64,000 bases of DNA from Octopus vulgaris (lineage: Eukaryota): NCBI GenBank assembly GCA_951406725.2, contig OX597816.1, positions 100,688,001 to 100,752,000 of the forward strand, given 5' to 3'. Under the pieces are notes generated by a model. It had not been told where the DNA came from. It searched no databases and saw nothing but the letters and a program-made list of their open reading frames with translations. Made by a program: the position numbers and the translations under genes. Below, in pieces: positions 27,040 through 39,375 of this stretch (positions are counted from its first letter, which is position 1; every line of letters begins with the position of its first letter).

Positions 27040-29633
27040 GTGAGGCTAAATAAATTTTAGTATGTTTCTCCTTAATGCAAATGAATCTAGATATTCTAGG
27101 ATAAAGAGTTTAGGTATATAGTGATCAAATTTAGTTCTTCTCTTAGAAAGATTATTGCTACTGAGTAGCTGATGACTCCACACAGTTGTGAGTATGATGT
27201 TAAATAACATAGCACTGTTAGGGATATTTATGAAGAAGGAAATTGTATAACATAAAAAGAAGAGGTACAATAGAAGGGAAAGGATACATAATTTTAGTTC
27301 TTAGAAATAGGTCACAAAAGCTAAAACATGAAATAAACAAGATACAGAATAATGAAAAACAATATAAAATAATATCCATTTGTACAGGGAAAATGAAAAA
27401 AGAAAAAGCAATGAGCCAACCCCCCATCCTCAGCAAATTGTTGTTTTATAAACTAAAAACCAGTAATATTCTGTGTATGCCCAGTCTATGTAGAATAGTA
27501 TTTAGTTCTTGTGACATCTATATTATAATCTTCACATTTTTCTTTCTATTTCTTTTCTTCTACTTTCTTCCATCTTGCTCTAGAAAGTGACATTTGCTAT
27601 TTCTCTCCTTCACACACCCACTTGTTAACTTCCTCTGTAAATAATTACTTTCCCCACTATTCTTTATTGATTTATCATATTAAGCCAGAGTAAGCACAGT
27701 TCTTTTTCCCCCTCCCTTTTTCTCCTCCTCTCTTTATCTTAGTTTCTTATACCAATAGGCATTTAAATATATTGTGCTATACTTCAAAATATTTCTTGCA
27801 ATGTTTATATCAAAACTAGATATCATATTTGTTTCCTTTAGTGGTATACAGCTATATTCTTGAAACCATGTCTGAGCTCTTGAAACTGAGTTTTTGATGT
27901 CTTAAACGGCATTCAGCTCTTTGTAAATTCACTTCAGCATCAAGTTCACATTTAAGAAACATTTGTTACTGATGTTCTAAGCAGAAGTAAATAACAAATG
28001 TGAATACTTTAATAAGGCTGAACACTTGAAAAGAACTAATAGCATAAGTATTATTTATCCATTATTTGAAAGTCATTGCATCAATTTGGATTGATTAAAA
28101 CCTTCAGTAATATAATAAAACCACAAATGGATTTTAGATTTTACTCATATAACTAGAATATAAACTATAGAGAATTCTGTGGCATGTAGTTTCAGTACTG
28201 TATTATTCTTTGTAGATTTATCATTTTGTAAATTTATACTATGCTCAATTTATACCAGCTTTATACATCAACATTTCAGTTATATGGGAATGAAAATTTC
28301 CCAGTTGAGCTTACAATTGTTGTTCTTGCTATAATACTGGTATTGTTGAACCTATCTAAAAGCAACATATTTTATGTTTTTTTATATATTTTCTCTTTTT
28401 TAACAGTTCTTTTAGAGTGTATTAAAATTAGAAGCTCTATATCAGAGCATTGTATCAGGCATATCTTGACAAGTTTTATTCACTTCTTTTCCTTCACTGC
28501 TAACATGAAATCTTAGCTTTGTTACTCAAAACAGTGTAGATGAAAAACTGTTGCCTCACTTCTGCAAAAGACTTTAAACTTTCTTCATATATAATAGAAA
28601 GAAATTGTATTGGTGCATATATGTCTGCCTGTACTAGTTGATGCTTCATTGTTTCTATTTGAGGTTGTTTCCATTTATGTAGATAGCAGATAAGTTGTTT
28701 TGTTCTTTGCTCTTTAGAAACTCAGCTAGATTTAGGTTGATTAAATGCATAAATATACAAATATAATTAATAATTTGCTTATACGTACGTAAATACAATT
28801 TGTATTGAAAACAAAATTATATGGTTATAAATATGTGATCAAAAATTATATCACATTTATGTCATAACTGAAGGCTGAAATTCATTTATCTAACTATTAG
28901 TATGACATTATGATGTGTGGTGATAATGCTAACGTTACTATTATTGCTGCTGCTTTGAGAAATCATTTATTATAATCCTTGTGTAACACTGCATTTCTAA
29001 TAATAGCTGTAAGTTCCTTTCTAAAAGCTACTGAAGTATATTTTTTCAAAGATACCTTTTCACTTGTCACATGAAGTAATGAGTACAGCTTTGTTTTGAC
29101 GAGATCTCATCTGTATCATGCAAAATAACACAATTTATCATAATTGCTAATAATTTTTTCATTCACTATATGAAGTTTATTACAAGCAGGGAGAAAGAAT
29201 ATCATTTTCAAAATCTTTGCTTGTTTAAGTTAGTTCTCAAAACTTTATCATTATTACCATATCTCATTGAAATAAAAACTGTATTTTTCAATTGTACTAT
29301 TAAGAGTTTATCCAAAATAGGGGATGGAGTCTGTTCATCCAGGAATTTTCTTTGCATCAACACCAATTGAATAAAATATATTTTATAATGCCAAGATAGT
29401 CATCTAATTTTTAGTATTCTTAATTAATTTGAAGTTCAACGTAGAAAACTGAAGGTGTTCAGTTTATAAACAGATCATTACAAATTATTTTGAAAATATA
29501 TGGAGAAACCTCACCAATTTAAAACCACTTACATCAGTTTAAGGGGATCTAATTTAGTACATTAATTCACAGGAGATGATTATTCTTATGACAAATTCTA
29601 TATATGATAGAAGGAGCATTACTTACCTAAGTG

Positions 29634-29737
29634 TCATCATTATCATCATCATCATTGTTTAACGTCTGCTTTCCATGCTAGCATGGGTTGGACGATTTGA
29701 CTGAGGACTGGCAAATCAGATGGCTGCACCAGGCTCC
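29634..29737 (-). mobile_element. 5'-truncated SINE family C copy with 9-bp target-site duplication
   Basis: Flanked by ACCTAAGTG at 29625-29633 and 29738-29746. Confidence 0.85.
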
Positions 29738-30427
29738 ACCTAAGTGGCTGAAAATGCTTCAGGTTGTAGAAATCAACATAGAAAACTTCAGTAGAGATGA
29801 AACTAATCCATACATATATACATTTTTGAAGGACATATTATTATTTGTTAGCTTTGAATAATATCTCTAGTTAGGCTGTAGATGGCAGTGAATGTAGTAC
29901 AGTTCTGGATAACAAATATTTTGTTATGCCTATGTATGTTCTGTGTGAAATCCTGCTGATTTCAACTATACCTTTAATTCTTCTAAGATTAGTAAAATAA
30001 AAAGAATAGCAATTAGTTTGAGGATTAATTAAATCAGTCATACATTTCTCAAAAATATGTAACTTGTACCTATAGCAGAAATCAGCATTATTAAAATTGC
30101 AAATATTGCTGCAACTGTTGAATAAAGCTTCAAAAAATATATAATTCTTTGTACATTCAGTAAGTGATCAATATTGAGGACAGCACTATGAAACTCATTC
30201 AGAACTAAAGATTATGAATGAGAGGATTTACTGAAAATGAGTGACAATTTTAGGGTAAATTGTAATAGTTTTGTGTAAGAAAAAACGTAACTTTTAACTT
30301 CCAGTAATATTAAATGCATAATTTATAAGTAGTTTCCTGTAAATGCAAATTCTTTATTTTCACATTTTTTCATTTCTTGTATTTTTAAATCTTAGAGTAA
30401 ATGTATCCTTTGTTTTGTTTCCTGCAG

Positions 30428-30531
30428 CCCTCAGATGACGAGCCAGGCGACAGTGATAGTAGCATACATACCATGACGTCCGAGTCACAGCTATCGTATG
30501 GCAAGCAGAGTGGTGCTATTCGAAAGGCAGG
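30428..30531 (+). CDS. sif: still life/TIAM1-like Rac-GEF, internal exon leading into the N-terminal PH domain (PSDDEPGDSDSSIHTMTSESQLSYGKQSGAIRKAG)
   Basis: Acceptor tttgttttgtttcctgcag and donor GG|gtaagt; 104 nt, phase 0 to 2. PSDDE...GAIRKAG matches the Sif/TIAM PH-N start (GAVRKAG). CpG-rich against a depleted background. Confidence 0.93.
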
Positions 30532-30865
30532 GTAAGTCTCTTGATTAATTAAAGATTCCTGTGACATAGTAAGGATTATAAAGGCTTTTATATAGAGATA
30601 AAAAATTCATTATCATCATCATTTAATGTCTATTTTCCTTGCTGGCATGTGTTGGACAAACATGCAAAATTTATTTCTTACAGATTCATAATGAAAATGA
30701 AATGGTTGCAACTGGGAATGAATTCTGTTTGCTATTAATATTATATGAACCCTTTTGTATGCTACAAAAACAGAATAACAAAGTTAACAGTATTTTAATT
30801 TCATAAATATGAAATTTCAAAAAAAAGTTAATTTCAAACCATTTCCAGACTGTATAGTTAAGAAA

Positions 30866-31040
30866 GGTGTGGGCATGGCTGAGTGGTTAAGAAGTTCACT
30901 TCCCAACCACATGGTCTCGGGTTCACTTCCATTGTGTTACACCTTGGGTAAATGTATTCTACTGTAATCATGGGTCAACTAAAGTAATGTGAGTGAATTT
31001 GCTAGAGAGAAACTAAAAGAAGTGTGTCTTGTGTGTGTGT
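30866..31040 (+). mobile_element. SINE family A, 5' half
   Basis: ggcatggctgagtggttaagaag (A-box-like), gggttcacttcc (B-box-like), caccttggg. Confidence 0.8.
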
Positions 31041-31525
31041 CATTAGAATGGTTCTAATATTTTTGCACCTTTCTTTAATTTGGGGTTGATAGGTTTTCTT
31101 ACTTTCCATTAACATATTATTCTCGCTATTATATCTTTTTATATATATTGATAGATATTAGTTATGATAGATATTAATTATTATATCTCTTTTTTTTTGT
31201 TATGTATATTTATATAGGTGGCTTATGTATTTGTAATATTAAATTTTAAGTTAATTAGGTATTATATTATTTGATATTTAGTCAACTTTATTATAGATTG
31301 TTATATTAAATCTATAGATACTACACATGTATATTTATTATATGGTTAGCTTATTTAAGGAATTTGTCTATATTTGAACCATTTCTTATTTTGATTACAA
31401 TTCAATGACTTATACTAGCTTTGTGTATTTTATTTAATTTTAAAGTATTTGATTATTTAAGTATTATTTTATTTTTCACTTATGTATATTTAGGATTTTC
31501 ATATATATATATATATATATGTATA

Positions 31526-31741
31526 TACTCTTTTACTACTTGTTTCAGTCATTTGACTGTGGCCATGATGGAGCACCGCCTTTAGTCGAGCAACTCGACC
31601 CTGGGACTTATTCTTTTGTAAGCCCAGTACTTATTCTATCGGTCTCTTTTGCCGAACCGCTAAGTAACGGGGACATAAACATACCAGCATTGGTTGTCAA
31701 GCAATGCTAGGGGGACAAACACAGACACACAAACACACACA

Positions 31742-31781
<40 letters not shown>

Positions 31782-31930
31782 TACGACGGGCTTCTTTTCA
31801 GTTTCCGTCTACCAAATCCACTCACAAAGCTTTGGTCGACCCAAGGCAATAGTAGAAGACACTTGCCCAAAGTGCCACGGAACCATGTGGTTGGTAAACA
31901 AGCTACTTACCACACAGCCACTCCTGCGCC
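31526..31930 (-). mobile_element. SINE family A, young near-full-length copy
   Basis: CpG-rich. Head ggcgcaggagtggctgtgtggtaagtagc, central (TA)n/(TG)n, tail ggcggtgctcc...gactgaaacaagt. Confidence 0.92.
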
Positions 31931-31986
31931 TATATTAAAGTATATTTATTAATTAATTAATTATTTTATTGTTCTAGTTTATTTTT

Positions 31987-32073
31987 AACCTGATGAGCGA
32001 CTATATTTATATCGAAGTGTTTTCTCTACTACTATAATCATATCTTAAATATAGCCATGAAACATGTGTCGTT
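31987..32073 (+). ncRNA. minimal type I hammerhead ribozyme of a Penelope-like element, within an AT-rich remnant at about 31040-32240
   Basis: aac CTGATGA gcgactatattta...taaatatagccat GAAAC atgt GTC gtt. Intact core boxes, 3-bp stem I, long stem II, and a CpG-decayed palindromic stem III. Confidence 0.7.
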
Positions 32074-32298
32074 TTTCTACCTATTATATATGTTTTTATT
32101 ATTGTTTTTTGCAATTTACTTAATCTTTGACATTTTATTGTTATTTTAATTTTTATTTTTCTATTATATGTAATTTTCTAGATGGTGTAATTCAATTGTT
32201 CATTTTCAATTGATAAAAGATGCTTTTTTTCTAATTTTTTATATATTTATATACATATATATATATACATATATATATATATACATATCCTAGACAAA

Positions 32299-32925
32299 TG
32301 TTGGATATATAATTTAACAATGCGGAGGTGGTAATATCAATGTGTTCTCACAATGTATGTCTCAAGACAACAAAACGTCCTCGCAATGGCTCCTACTAAC
32401 CTCTGTCTTAACCAATACACTACTCTTTATAAGAGTTTGGCTAGTCCATTCTTCCAATCCCCCCAGGGATGTCAGTGACTCTCATGCGTCTCTCCCTTTG
32501 AGATTGACTTCCGTTGGAAGTTGATATTATCAGTTTTATTTATTTTTCTTTCATCACATCTCCCTTTTTGAAATTTTCCTCCTAAGGAAGTGTAATACTT
32601 CCGGTTGGGGACTACTTCCAACCATTCTGTTTGTTTCCTCTTCCTTGTGCTGCTATGCTTTGGCTTGGTTTCTCATGGTGTTGGAACATCAAAGGTATCA
32701 TAGAACACTTCCATCAGTATCTCTTTTTCCTTTATGTCTATTTTTTAGCTAGTTTAAATGTCTTTTGTGTTCCCATTTTTCACCTCTTCCCAAGATATAT
32801 AAACATGTCTTCCATGTTTATATATTTTGAAAAGCACCTTGTCACTGTTATTAAAATGCTTTGTTGTATATTTAGTGTTTTCTTTTTTTGTTTTTCTTAC
32901 TGGTAACAGCTTGTCGAAAATCCAC
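32299..32925 (-). mobile_element. Ty3/Gypsy 3' remnant: integrase C-terminus, polypurine tract and LTR (32299-32558)
   Basis: Minus strand FDKLLPVRKTKKENTKYTTKHFNNSDKVLFKIYK; PPT aaaaagggaga directly before a TG...CA LTR. Confidence 0.75.
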
Positions 32926-33916
32926 ATTTTGAACACATTTAAAAAGGTGTTAAGAAAATCTAGGAACAAATTAAGTAATAACAAAGCACTAACAAAATTG
33001 TTAAGGGTATATAGAGTAACCTCCAATCCAAGTGCAAATTCAGGAAAGTCACCTACAGAGTTGATGTTCACAAGAAGAATAAAATTGATTTTTGATAAGT
33101 AGGCCCCAAAATGGCATGCATTCTCTCGTGATGACCCTATACACTTGCTGGCGTCCAGTATGCGGAGCTTTCGACTGGTAGCACATGCATGTGCAAGTTG
33201 TTTGCCAAGCATATTACCAGAGATAAAAAGATGCAAAAGAAATACAAAAGATGCAACGAAACATTTCAAAGTAGGAGATAAAATGCATTTTAAAACCTAT
33301 AGAAGTGGTAAAGAAGGCTGGGAGGATGGCCTTGTAACCAAAAATAATAGGAAGTATGCTGTATCTAATTAAAGGACCCTACCAGGAACATAAGAGACAC
33401 ATAGATCAGCTAAAGAAGAGACATATCGAAGAATGGAGAGAAATTCCTATCAAAGTATATTTTGATGTATTCAATGTCCAAGCACTGAAAGTAATAGAGT
33501 TCCATAGAACCAGCATGAGAAAACAGAAGCAGACCAAACATCTTGAGATAAGGCCCAAGTGAAAATTATAGAAAAAATAAGAAAAAATAAGAATTCTTTA
33601 TTCCTTCAGGACTCAAAATCACAAAAGGGGAGATGTTATGGCAAGAGTATGACACCCTCTTGGCAAGAATAGATGGGACCACTACATATAAATAGTAGCA
33701 GTCTGACATAGTCAGCAGTTCATAGTTTGGTCTTTGAAGTCCAGGTACAGTTTACAGTTCAAGTTAGTGTGTTCGAAATATTGATTATTGGTTCATTATG
33801 TGTTTGTTACTGCCACTGTTTTTATTTTGTAATATAACACTATTACAGTGTATTCTGTATCTATCATTGGCAATATCAACCATACTATGATATTGGAGGC
33901 ATAAGAATATATAACA
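32926..33916 (+). mobile_element. Ty3/Gypsy 3' remnant: integrase C-terminus, polypurine tract and LTR (33634-33916)
   Basis: NTFKKVLRK...LLRVYRVTSNPSANSGKSPTELMF...FKVGDK...WEDG...HKRHIDQLKKR; PPT aaaaggggaga then TGTTA...TAACA. Confidence 0.85.
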
Positions 33917-33979
33917 ATATATGGGACGCCTAGACTTAATCAAAGCAATGCAATTTAGATTGTGCTAAGGGTGCTCTGA

Positions 33980-34160
33980 GGTGCCATGTAAAAAACACTC
34001 AGTACACTTTGTAAAGTGTTTGGTATCAGGAATGGTATTCAGCTGTTGAAACCAAGCAAAAGCAGACTATGGAATGTGGTGTGGCCCCTGGCCTTGTCAG
34101 TACCTGTCAAGCCATCCAACCCATGCCAGCATGGAAAACAGACATTAAGTGAGGATGATA
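33980..34160 (+). mobile_element. SINE family C copy, opposite orientation to the other copies
   Basis: ...ccatccaacccatgccagcatggaaaacagacattaagtgaggatgat. Confidence 0.8.
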
Positions 34161-35585
34161 ACACTTCAGTACACTACTTATAGAATCTAAAATGCATTGC
34201 TATGACTGAGTCTGTCTATCCCACTTCCATTAAAGCCACCACCAAAATCTATGGCATTCAGAAATAGACTGGATAGTAGATAGAATGTACTTTGTCCAGA
34301 TAGTCACGCTGCACTACATACAAGTCTTCATCATGTGTTGGAGTGTGCAGTATAGTCCTCAGCAAAACAGAAAGAAAGCTCTGTGGTCATGTTTCAACAT
34401 TTGGCTGACTGCTTGCATGCTATAGAACTGATCAATCAGATTTGACCTGGATTTACGCAACTAACACCCAAACTGCAGTTATTCAACTTAAAGTCAGTAT
34501 TGTGTTATTAGCAGTTATAATTTAATTTGTTGTTTTCATGAGACTTGTAAATTCCCCCTTTCCAGTGCATTATTTTTCCCATTGTTGAAATCAACAATGG
34601 TATTGTATATCACCCATTAGAAATAACACCTTTTAGCACAAACAACTTATTTATCTATTTTGTATTACATGTATTGTAAGCGTTCAGACTTTTCCATTTA
34701 TTGAGATTTTCATAGAATTTCCTTTTATTTGTTGTTTCCAATTATTATTATAATCAAGAAAAGTAGATAATTTAATCAATGAAGTGGATGGGTGGCTTGG
34801 GATCACTACTGATTTTCAGAATGTTGATAGTTCTTTCATTCTTTTACTGGTTCTGGCCATTGAGATGTGGACATGGAGTGTTGCCTTTTATTTAAATTCA
34901 ATATTTTCTCAGATAGAAATATTTTAACATCTCTTGTTCAGCAGAACCAATTAAAAGCATAACATAAAAATTTCAGGAATATCCTAAAACTGCGATATTG
35001 TTTAAGCATTTTTTCCCCCTATTATTTTAGTCAGTGTTAATAGCAGGAGTAAAATTCTTAAAGGGATTCTGATATCGTTCTTATTATCTTAAATCAATTT
35101 TCAATGAAAATGAACTTTATTGCTTTCATATCATTCTTATCTTAGTGTTCAGGAAATCTCTGACAAGAGTAAATTCTTAGCTTTAACTTTACCAGATGAA
35201 AGTATAATAAAAGAAAAACAACAATAAATGTCGCAAGCCATTGATTTCTCCAAAAACAAATACTAATCTTATATTCATTAATGTTAGCTAAGGCCAACAT
35301 GTTTTAAGGGATAATTTAGCACAAAAAAGCCATTAGCAATTACATAGTGATGCTCTTTGTTTGGAATTAAATCTATTGCTGTAAACTGTGATTTCAGTAT
35401 GGTAACAAATCTTTATTAAGTGACTAGACAAAATAACCAGGAGTATTAAGTATCAAGCTTATAGCTTGTGGTTTCTTATCCAACTAGTTAGCATGTTAAG
35501 TAAGTTTCTTTCAGTTTACATTTCAAAGACATTTGCAACAAACCAGTATCCTGTACACGAAAAGGGCAAAGACTCCAAACATGTA

Positions 35586-36050
35586 TTGGGTCATCCCATG
35601 AATAATGTGGTTTTTTATACTTCTTTTATTTTTCAGAATTAAGATAAACAGAGTTCTTTTTTAATCCAAAATATATTCTCCTTCAGTTTCTACAATGTTC
35701 TTCCATTTATCTGCTAGACTGATGGCACAAAGGTGTTGATGAATGGTTGAATGACCAAATCCAAGTTTCTCTGCTAGTTCCTCAACAGTTACGATGGGAT
35801 TTTGTTCTACCAGGGTTTGCAGGATGTCCTCATCAAGCTCTACAGATCTTCCAGGATGAGGCTCATCTTCTAGGCTGTAGTTTCTGGCTCAGAATTTCTG
35901 GAACCACTGTTGACACTGGCTTACACTTATTGTCCAATCCCCATATACTGCATTAATATTCCTCACTCTATTGTGTTGTTGCCATTATTATAACTGTCAA
36001 AATTGAACTGCACTCTTCAACACCTGCACTAAGAATAAGGACAAAGTTAC
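35586..36050 (-). mobile_element. internally deleted mariner, N-terminal HTH remnant
   Basis: Minus strand INAVYGD...QCQQWFQKF...EDEPHPGRSVELDEDILQTLVEQNPIVTVEELAEKLG. TIR-like TAttgggtcatcccat at 35584. Confidence 0.8.
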
Positions 36051-36177
36051 TACCTACTTTTATAGCAAGTTGATGCAGGTAGTTTATCCTGTTCCCCTCC
36101 GACTTTTAGGTGTACACCCTACAAGAAAGGGGTTCCACTAAGCACACTGGAAATTAATTTAAAAGCATGGCTGTTAA

Positions 36178-36295
36178 ATACAGGTGTGATTGTTTGGTTA
36201 AGAAACTTACTTCCTAACCATGTAGTTTTGGGTTCAGCCTTACTGTACAGAATCTTAGACAAGTGTTATTAACTATGGCTTTGAACCAATCAACA
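36178..36295 (+). mobile_element. SINE family A head fragment
   Basis: caggtgtgattgtttggttaagaaacttacttcctaaccatgt...gggttcag. Confidence 0.65.
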
Positions 36296-37281
36296 ATTTT
36301 TCTAATATTAGGTTGATCAAAAAAAGTTTTGTCTGTTTCACCAAAAGCATTGGGAAAATTACTCCTTTTGAGTAAGGTGCCACTACTTATTTTATCTTTG
36401 TATATACATTCTTCTAAAAACGAAAAGAAAAAGTTAAAATGCTTCTCAAACTAAGATTATTTCAGCTGTTGAATGTCTTAGTTGGTTGCCTAAAGAATTT
36501 CTAAACAGAGAATTGAAAGTGCAGTCTATACTAGAGCTGGTAATTCATAGTATTCAAGCTCCTTGCCAGCCATAGGCAGTACATAATGATTAGGATCAGC
36601 ACTTTGTTGTGCATATCAGATATATCTAGGCATGATTATTTTTTATATTTGTTGTGTTTGTTACAGTATGTCATTTGTCATATCAATATTTTATAGGAGT
36701 TATCTAATATTTAAATAGGTTATTAAAATTTATTTAAAAACCATCTTTACAAAGATAATACTCAGTTTCAAATACTATAGACTACAGAAAATAATTCACT
36801 CATTGTTTCACATTTAAATTTGAGAATATTGTTATCACATTATGTTTACCTGAATTATTCTATCAATGTTACTAACAATAGCAGTAAACAATTATATTTC
36901 ACACAGAATATATAGACAGTAAATATATTGGAACACTATCATTATTAGAATTCCTCATTTAAAAAAAATCATATCATGAAAAAGTTTGTACATGGTTTTA
37001 GACGCAATGCAATATAAAAAAAATATTTATTCTTTTATTGTTTCATATCAAATATGTTTATATTTCTATAATATTCAGATATTATGTTCTGTAAATCAGA
37101 CTGTTTATTTTCTAAAATTTGATAATATACCCAAACATTGTGAAAGTTAAGTGTGGTTTTTGAACATAAAACCTGAAACTTTTAGAATTACAAATAGATT
37201 TAAATGTGAAACCATGAGAGATTATATTATATCTACCTTCCATGGTATTTAAACACTATTTTTATAAATATATAATATCTC

Positions 37282-37328
<47 letters not shown>

Positions 37329-37350
37329 ACACACACACACACACACACAT

Positions 37351-39375
37351 AATGGCTATCCACTCATGACCGAGGAAGACCATTGCTGACCTTCAAGAAC
37401 ATTGTGCGCCCTTGGACTAACTTATATTTTGCACTTGTGGCTCCATTAGTGGCTAATGAACCCTACTCTTGACAAGCACACATGACTGCAAACATTGCAA
37501 ACCAAGCTTACCCCATTCACCACACTAGCAGTGCACTTTCGACCAGCACACTTAAATTATTCATGCAGAATATGTGCTCTCTCAAAGGTGTTGACCCGCC
37601 TCCTTAACCTACTTCCTCCATCTGTGGCAATGACAGGCATTGCTCTCCTAGTCAGTCTCCTGCATATCACAGGCTTTTAATGAGAACTCAACACAGTCCT
37701 TATATCGCAGCCTTGGTTTCTGCTGTGGTCTCTTTCCATTAAGAAGTTCCCCATACAGCATCGGTTTAGGGATCCTGCTATCCTTCATTCTAATAAGGTG
37801 TCCAGTCCAACATAACTGATGTTTGTGCATCATCGCCTCAATACTCAAGCTATCAGTTGTCCTCAGGACCTGTGTGTCTAAAGTTTTTAAGGTCCAGCCA
37901 ACATTTAAAATGTGTCTCAGTCATCTCTGATGAAAGCATTCAAGGACCCTTACATGACATTTGCAAAGGGTCCATGTCTCACATGAGTAAAGTAACGGTG
38001 TCAGTACACATGCAGGGTACACAGAAACTTTTGTTTGCTTTGAGATGCCATGTTGGGACCAGGCACGAGACTGAAGAGACTGGAAGGAATCAGTTGTTCT
38101 CTGCAGCCTGAAAGATATTTCATCATCCAGGAAGCAAGAACGGCTGAGTGTGCTGCCCAGGTAGACAAACTTGTCTACCCCTTTCAGAATTGTTCCCTCA
38201 ACCAAGATAGCTGGTTCCACTAATGGATTTCCTGGTGCAGGCTGGAACATTACAACAGTCTTGTCCACTCTAATGCTGAGTCCAAATGCCTTGCAAGAAG
38301 CAGAAATACGATTCATAAGTACTTGCATGTCATCCATTGTATGAGTGACTAAGTCACAGTCATCTGCACAAAGGAGGTCATGAATGAGAGATTAGGAAAC
38401 TTTTGAATTGGAAGCAAATTGGCACAGATTAAAGAGGTGGCTAGAAGATCGATACCTGATGTATATTCCCAGAGCTAACATTAGCAAAGGCATGAGTAAA
38501 AGCAGCAGCAAAGTACAAAGGAAAGAGAGTTGGGGCAAGGATGTCACCCTGCTTAACACCATTCTCTACAGGAATGGCTCCCACTATGCCACCACCACCA
38601 TTGACCCAAGCCTCCATCCCATCATGAAATGATTCAATTATAGATACAAAGTGATCCAGACATCCAAGTTTGCCAAGTATTTTCCATAGTAAAGCCCTAT
38701 TCACAGTATCAAAGGCCTTGGTTAAATCAGTGAATACCTGGACAAGATCTATATTCTGCTCATAGCACTTCTGCATGTCTTGCTGTGAAAAATCATATCA
38801 ATTGTCCCTCTATGAGATTGGAAGCCACATGAGATTCAGATAGGGCATCATTTACGAGACATCCATTCAGGCAGGTAAGAAGAATATTTGCCAGAACTTT
38901 GTCAGCAGCTGATAGTTGAGCAATACCTCTGTAGTTACCACACATTGTTCTGGCTCCTTTTTCTTTATAAAGAGGAAGAATAAATGCATCCTTCCAGTCC
39001 TTAGGCATTGCACCATCCCTCTAGATTACACAAATAAGTTCATGAAGAGACTGTATGGTGTAATCACCACCAAATCACAAGACCCCTTCCACATGCCCTA
39101 CCAAGATTCAATTTACTTATTGATGTCATTACTTCATCTATTGAGGGCATGGAATTTAAGGAGCCAATGATAGGTCTTTGTTGCATAGTATCAATCACTG
39201 TTTCATCTACAACTGACTCGTGATTTAGGAGTTCAGAGAAATGTCCAGTGACCTGTGATTTCTGTTGATTTAGTAAATAGAGTAGAAGACTCTTTGGAAA
39301 TCAAAGAATCTGATGCAGAGCTCTTAGGTCCATAAACCTGCTTCATAAGATGGTAGAGCTTCACAGACCTCAGCC
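37351..39375 (-). mobile_element. 5'-truncated, frameshifted RTE-clade LINE (reverse transcriptase)
   Basis: Motifs PKDWKDA, CGNYRGI, FTDLTKAFDTVNR, GVKQGDILAPTLF, LLCADDC, FVYLGSTLS, LLYSCETWT, WTGHLIRM...LYGEL. The 3' end runs into (CA)n/(TA)n. Confidence 0.93.

Noticed and set aside
27165-27200. CTGATGA followed by a small hairpin (hammerhead or C/D box-like)
   Set aside because: No GAAA after the stem, no stem III, and no convincing D box or terminal stem.
35478-35506. Short segment before an AA|gtaagt donor in the phase-2 intron
   Set aside because: The 12-nt version creates an in-frame TAG and the 8-nt version shifts the frame. No support.
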